Assembly: GCA_964016885.1 (NCBI GenBank)
Contig: OZ024742.1
Coordinates: 186,992,001-187,056,000, forward strand
DNA from: Eledone cirrhosa
Lineage: Eukaryota
Length of the DNA stretch: 64,000 nt
Reading direction: 5' to 3'
In this document: positions 57,649 to 64,000 of the stretch, piece after piece
How the letters are laid out: every line of letters starts with the position of its first letter
How positions within the stretch are numbered: the first letter of the stretch is position 1
The notes under the pieces: model-generated
Database searches by the model: none
Seen by the model: the letters and a program-made list of their open reading frames with translations, nothing else
What the model was told of the DNA's origin: nothing
Position numbers and translations under genes: made by a program

Positions 57649-57929
57649 TGCACGCCATCTTTGCCTGGTAATAACATATGTGAGAGCCGATAGAAGCTAT
57701 ACACGAAAGTTCCATGGAACCAACACTGACGTCAAAGACATCTTTGATGTGGTGTTTAGGGAAACCATAATTGCTGCTCGTTTATATTTTCAAACTAAGG
57801 AAACGTAACAAATAAAACATTTACAAACTGTTGAGAAAATGGTTGTTGTTTTTTGTTCAGTGGAATCCGAATTAGAGGGACGAAAATAATTCCGGGAGGT
57901 AGGTTTGAAAACAAATACAAAAGCAAATT

Positions 57930-58391
57930 TATGATGTTGATGGGTGATGATGATGAGGGTGATGATGATTATGGTGATGATGATGGTGATGATGATGATG
58001 GTGGTGATGGTGTTTATGATGATGATGATGATATGTGAAAAGTAATAAAGCGAAGAATTAGAAGGAAGAAGTAGAAGGAGAAGGAGAAGGATGAGGGAGG
58101 AGGTGGAGGAGGAGAGGGGAAGAAGAAGAAGAAGAAGAAGAAGAAGGAGAAGAAGAAGAAGAAGAAGAAAAAGAAGAAGAAGGAGGAGTGGAGGAGGGGA
58201 ATAATAATAAGAAGAAGACAAAAAATATGAAATTGAAAACAAAAGGAAATAAATAAAAGAACAGAAAAAGTATAAGATTGAGAGAGAAGAAAAGTGAGAG
58301 GAAGGAAAAAAGAAGAGAAAGAAAAGCGAATGTAATAATATCAACAAAGACGACAAGAACAAGAACAAGAACAACAACAACAATAATAATG

Positions 58392-58425
<34 letters not shown>
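57930..58425. repeat. Compound (GAT)n/(GAA)n/(AAC)n/(AAT)n microsatellite
   Basis: Direct reading. Confidence 0.9.
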
Positions 58426-58427
<2 letters not shown>

Positions 58428-61400
58428 CCAGAAACTAGATACACCACCCACCCCATCATCTGTGTACACTAAACACAACAGCCAGATAACGACACATTTT
58501 CACCTTCACCGCCACCGCTCACTACGGCCATCATTACCACCACTATCCCATCACCGCCGCCACCACCCCTTGACTCCGCTACAGCACCATCACTACAGTA
58601 ATACGGTCACATCACCGCCACCACTGCCTCGGTATCGACATCACCACCACCACTGTCTCAGTATCGCTAACGCCGCCAGTCTCCCACTTCCCTGCTGGCT
58701 GCTACTTCCACATTATAGAATTCCTACTACTAACAAAGAGGAAGGCATCAAAATATATAGATAGACCCAAAAGAAAAAAGAAAAAACAAACAACAAAACC
58801 AAAGCAGCACAGCAACAACAGCAAAAAACGAGAAAAACAAACAGAGAAAAACAAAAACAAAAAAAAGAAACCCCAAAAACGTAAAGAAAATAAGAATGAA
58901 GAGAGAAGCAGGCGGACGGACAGAGAAGAGGGGGGAAAAAGTAAAACTTAAAAAACTAAAACTAAGTCAGACATTCGAACACTACATTACAATGAAACTT
59001 ATGCTTATTCATTTCTGGGGCCCTTTCTGCCTGTGTGTTTGTTTGTTTATGTGTGTTCGTATACAGCGTGGCGATAATGCCACACAAGGGCCAAGTGGGA
59101 TGGCGGATCCACAGATGGCTATGTAAACATACATCCGCCAATCCTCGATAAGAGTGTTTAAATATCGAACATAAACAGTTCGAATAACGGTGAAATGGAG
59201 ACTAGAACGTCATGTGACAGACTCTCACCCAACAGGTGCCCCCTGGCTCAGCAGCAGGAACCTGACTGTCAACCAAATACTGCTGATGTTGGAGGAAGGA
59301 GAAGAAGGAAAGGGGCCAGAACCAACTGGACGAAAGAATTGAATAGAACTGTTATGCAATGCTACCTGAAAAGTAACCCCAAGGAGAGGGGCTACAGGAG
59401 ACGGATGCATAACATCTGGAACGAGATTGGTTTATTTAAATTAGATGAACAAAAATTGGCCGGGCAGGCTCGGGTAATAAGAACTAATGGGTGGATAAGC
59501 GAGCTGGAACTGGAGGAACTGAGCAGAGAGAATGGCTTGGAGATGGCGGGTGTAGTATGCCAGACAAACGAGCCGGTGGGAAATGAAGGTGAGGAGGTCC
59601 TGAGAACGGAGGAACCACCCGAAGCAGACAATGATCTGAGTACTGAGATAAATAATACCTGGAACAGAGATACGGCCACTGAGGAGATGAATGCTGACGG
59701 GCTAGGACAAGATTCGGTTGACATCCTAAATTTAGTGGTAGATGAATTGAACAATGATAGTGGGAGACCTATGAACCTAAGATTTGTAGACAGGAAAAAG
59801 TTAAAAGAAACAACAGCTAAGGTAAACAAAGTCATCCCATACCTTGAGGCGAGGAGCCTTCACCAGTGCAACAATATCCTCAGAGCAACAGCAAATACGG
59901 TGAGGAAACTACTTGGTATAAAAGCGAGAGGAAACAACAGACAAGAAAGAGCAGAGCCGTGGTGGAAGAAGCGACTGAGTGGGCAAATCGGGGAAATGAG
60001 AAATGACATAGGAAAGCTTGAGTCACTACTGAATGGGACACTAAAAAACATAGGCACTAAAAATAGACTGGAAATAAAATACAAAACTAGGAGTAAAAAG
60101 CTAAATATTATCATAGAGGAATTGAAGCAACGCATTGTAGCAAAGAGTGCAAAAATCAGGCGATACGAGAACAGAGTCAGTCAGTATAAACAGAACCGCA
60201 TGTTCGACAACAACCAGAAGATGCTGTTTGGACAGCTTGAGGGCAAAGAAAGAGGCAACGACTTGATCCCTGGGGCGGAGCAAACTAAAACATTCTGGAG
60301 AGGAATATGGGAGCAGGATGTTAGACACAACGCCCAGGCAGGGTGGATTGAGACAGTACAGAGGGAGATCGGTGAGCAGGCACAGCAACAGACTGATTTG
60401 AGTATCACAGTTGAAACTCTTAAGGGGCAAGCCAAAAAACTAACCAACTGGAAATCACCAGGCCCAGATGGTGTGCAGGGGTATTGGATTAAACATTTAA
60501 CATCCCTCCACCCGAAGCTGACGGCCATGTTCAATGACTGCTTGGTGTCGGGTGAGGTGCCAGATGGTTGACAAAAGGTACCACAGTTCTGATAATGAAA
60601 GACCGAATCAAGGGTAATGATTTTACCAACTATAGACCTATCACATGTCTGCCCGTAATGTGGAAACTGTTGACGAGCATTGTGTCTGAGGAAATCTACC
60701 ATCACCTCCACACAAACAACTTGTTACCGGACGAACAGAAAGGATGCCGAAAGAAGTCACGTGGTACAAAGGACCAGTTGCTTATTGATAAGATGGTAAT
60801 GGGGAATTGCAGGAGGAGACACACTGATCTTGCTATGGGATGGATAGACTACAGAAAGGCATTTGACATGGTGCCTCATTCCTGGATCACCAAAAGCCTG
60901 GAGATCTTCAGGGTGGCGGATAACATCAGACAGTTGCTAGGCAGGAGTATGGGGTCCTGGGAGACAGAGTTGACATCAACTGGAGTATCCTTGGGAAGCG
61001 TGAAGATCAAGAGAGGTATCTTCCAGGGAGATAGCCTGTCCCCTCTGTTGTTTGTCCTTGCCCTGATGCCCTTGACCATTATGCTGCGAAAAGTGAGAGC
61101 AGGATACAAGTTGGGAAGGGGAGAGCTTACCATCAATCACCTCCTCTTCATGGACGATCTTAAGCTCTTCGGGAAGAGTGAGAAGGAGTTGGATGTGCTT
61201 GTTGACACTGTCCGTATTTTCAGCAGTGATATATGTATGCAGTTTGGTATTGGTAAATGTGGAGTCATTGTGATGAAGAGGGGTAGGTTGAGCAGAAGTA
61301 ACGGGATCCAGATACCAACAGGTGAGATGATAAAGGAAATTGACTCTGAGGAAGGATACAAGTATTTGGGCGTTCTGGAGGCTGATGGCATAAAGAACAA

Positions 61401-62659
61401 AAAAATGAAGGAATTGTTAAGAACTGAATACATTCGGAGAGTAAGGAGCGTATTGAAGTCACATCTGAACAGCAGAAATGCCATAAGCGCAGTAAATTCC
61501 CGAGCTGTGTCTATTATTAGGTACAGTGCGGGAATTCTGAGATGGAATGTTGCTGAACAGAAAGAAATGGATAGGAAGACTAGGAAGCTATTGACTATCT
61601 ACAACATGTTCCACAAGAGGAGTGATGTCGATAGACTCTACCTAAGGAGATCTGAGGGTGGAAGAGGTCTTATCAGCATAGAGGACTGTGTTCAGATGGA
61701 GAAAAACAACCTATACAAATCCGTGACCTATAGTAAGGAGCCAATGCTCAGAGCTGTACTGAAGGAGGGGACAGTAGGCCAGGGGATGTCCAGGGAGGAA
61801 ATAACATCAAGGAGGAAGAGCAGCCTTAAGGGAAAACCCCTTCATAGTACCTTCTTTGAGAAAACTGAATTTAGAGATCCACAGACATGGAACTGGTTGA
61901 GAAGAGGAGACCTCAAAAAGGCTACAGAAGGAATGCTAATGGCTGCGCAGGAGCAGGCCCTCAAAACGAAGTGGTTGAAGCACCATATCTACAAGGAGGA
62001 GGCCAGCCCACTGTGCAGGATCTGTGGAGAGAGAGAGGAGACTGTGGCTCACATTGTGTCCGAGTGTAAACACCTAGCCCAGACCCACTATAAGGGCTGG
62101 AGACACGATGTGATGGGCAGGGTGATCCACTGGCACCTGTGCAAAGTAAACAATCTACAACATTCTGAGAAATGGTATGAGCATAGGCCAGAGGCGGTGA
62201 TGGAGAACAATCAGGTGAAGGTGCTGTGGGATTTTAGGATACAGACGGACAAATAACTGGAACACAATAGACCTGACCTGGTGGTTGTGGACAAAGAAAA
62301 AAGATCGTGCCTGATTGTGGATGTGGCCTGCCCGTTCGACATGAGAGTGCAAGAGAAGGAGAGGGAGAAAATTAACCGATACCAGGACCTAAAGTGGGAG
62401 GTGAAAAGGATTTGGAACTGCCATGAAGTCAAAGTGATCCCGATTGTCATAGGCGCACTGGGGACTATCTCCAAAGGTTTCCAGGGATGGTTAAAGAAAA
62501 TCGGCCCCTTCACGCTTTTTGGAACGCTTCAAAAGGCATGCTTGCTTGGAACAGCAAGAACCCTCCGATACGTCCTGAATATCTGAGGCTGCAGGTAGTG
62601 GCTTGATATTCAATCCAACGGACTTTCCAGTTAACCAACATCAATGACTGAGATTCAAG

Positions 62660-62699
<40 letters not shown>

Positions 62700-62720
62700 G
62701 ATAATGATAATAATAATAAT
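58426..62720 (+). mobile_element. Near full-length R4/Dong-clade non-LTR retrotransposon with an (AAT)n tail; 5' boundary uncertain
   Basis: Single ORF with RT and RLE, a 3' UTR ending at 62660 followed by (AAT)n, and a flanking direct repeat (58346-58425 and 62721-62812). Confidence 0.9.
59195..62586 (+). pseudogene. R4/Dong ORF: Myb-like N-terminus, RT, CCHC knuckle and RLE; one frameshift (~60567) and one in-frame TAA (62254-62256)
   Basis: [106 protein letters not shown]. Confidence 0.95.
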
Positions 62721-62766
62721 AAAGACGACAAGAACAAGAACAAGAACAACAACAACAATAATAATG

Positions 62767-62812
<46 letters not shown>

Positions 62813-62814
<2 letters not shown>

Positions 62815-64000
62815 GGATCGATGCCATAAACACGCTTGCCATACCAGTAGTAACCTACAGTTACAATGTCATCAACTGGTCAAGCACAGAGATCCGTAGG
62901 CTCGATACAAAAATCCGAAAATTCTTAACCATGCACAGAATGCATCACCCTCAGGCAGACATAGATAGAATATATCTCCCTAGGAAAGAAGGAGGACGTG
63001 GGTTAATCCAGTTAGACATTGCGTTGAAAACTGCAACAATTGGATTATCCACATATCTAAGGGAATCACATGATTGTATGATCAAACTCGTTTTGAAACA
63101 CGAAAGCACCAAAAGATCATATTCCATTACAAAAGATGCACAAAGATACAGTAATGGACTACAAATTTCAGAAGTCCCATTTACTGCTGAAATGGAAAAC
63201 ACAGAAAAAGCAAAGCAGGTAAAAGTAACTGCAAAGAAAGAACTGCTACAGAAACTGGCTAAGAAATGGCAAGAAAAGCCTCTGTATGGAAAATACCCAG
63301 AGCGAGCTAACAATCCTGATGTTGACAAAACTTTAACCCATCAGTGGATGGCATCCTCTGGACTGAAATCAGAGATTGAAGGACTGATTATATCGGCACA
63401 AGATCAGTGTCTGCCAACAAAAAATTACCAAGCCAACATAATAAAAAATGGGTGCAGCCCATTATGCCGTGTATGCAAAAAACAACCAGAGACCATTGAC
63501 CATATAATTTCAATGTGCAGTCCTATAGCTCCAACCGAATACCTAAACAGGCATGACAGAGCTGCACAATACATACATTGGATAATGTGTAAGCATTTTG
63601 ACCTGCCCCATCAAAAGAATTGGTGGGAGCATCAACCACCTCCCATACTTGAAAAAGATCACATCTCAATCTTGTGGAACTTTAGCATCCAAACAGACCG
63701 AAAAATAGATGCAAATAGACCTGATATAATATTGAAGGACTTTCAAAGGAGGGTATGCCTGCTAATTGATATGTCTGTTCCAATAGACAAGAATGTATCT
63801 ATAAAAACATTTGAAAAATTGAGCAAGTATAAGGACCTGGAGATAGAAATTGGAAAAATGTGGAAATTGAGAACTAAAACAATACCAGTGGTTGTAGGCG
63901 CTCTGGGAATGATACCTAAGGGGTCTAACGACTACTTATCGCAAATCCCAGGAAACCGGCGTATAGGAGAAATACAAAAGATAGTACTAATGGGAACTGC
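62813..64000 (+). mobile_element. Second, 5'-truncated R4/Dong-clade element of a different family; runs off the window
   Basis: Reads RIDAINTLAIPVVTYSY..RKFLTMHRMHHPQADIDRIYLPRKEGGRGL..SAQDQ..CRVC..ETIDHIISMC..RHD..NRPDII..IDMSVP..KYKDL..PVVVGALG. Confidence 0.92.

Overview
Repeat-saturated, AT-rich eukaryotic DNA with a very high density of (TA)n, (CA)n and trinucleotide microsatellites. The microsatellite and SINE content resembles a cephalopod (Octopus-like) genome, which is an inference. No intact host gene is evident; there is one candidate terminal exon at about 32.6-32.9 kb, and most ORF-track entries are microsatellite artefacts. Recognisable mobile DNA includes four Penelope-like element (PLE) remnants with GIY-YIG endonuclease, a near-complete R4/Dong non-LTR element plus a second truncated one at a (TAA)n tract, RTE, CR1-like and Tx1/L1 fragments, an internally deleted mariner, MITEs and tRNA-derived SINEs. 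The most striking signal is a set of non-coding units embedded in (TA)n, many carrying type I hammerhead ribozyme (HHR) motifs read by eye. These include a 466-bp unit in a tandem-plus-inverted array with 5 HHRs, an unrelated 466-bp two-HHR retrozyme-like unit, and several inverted HHR-bearing pLTR pairs. A 615-bp x ~14.6 apparently perfect array lacks a canonical HHR but shares motifs with a fold-back element at 441-784. Ribozyme calls are manual motif and base-pairing reads and were not computed.
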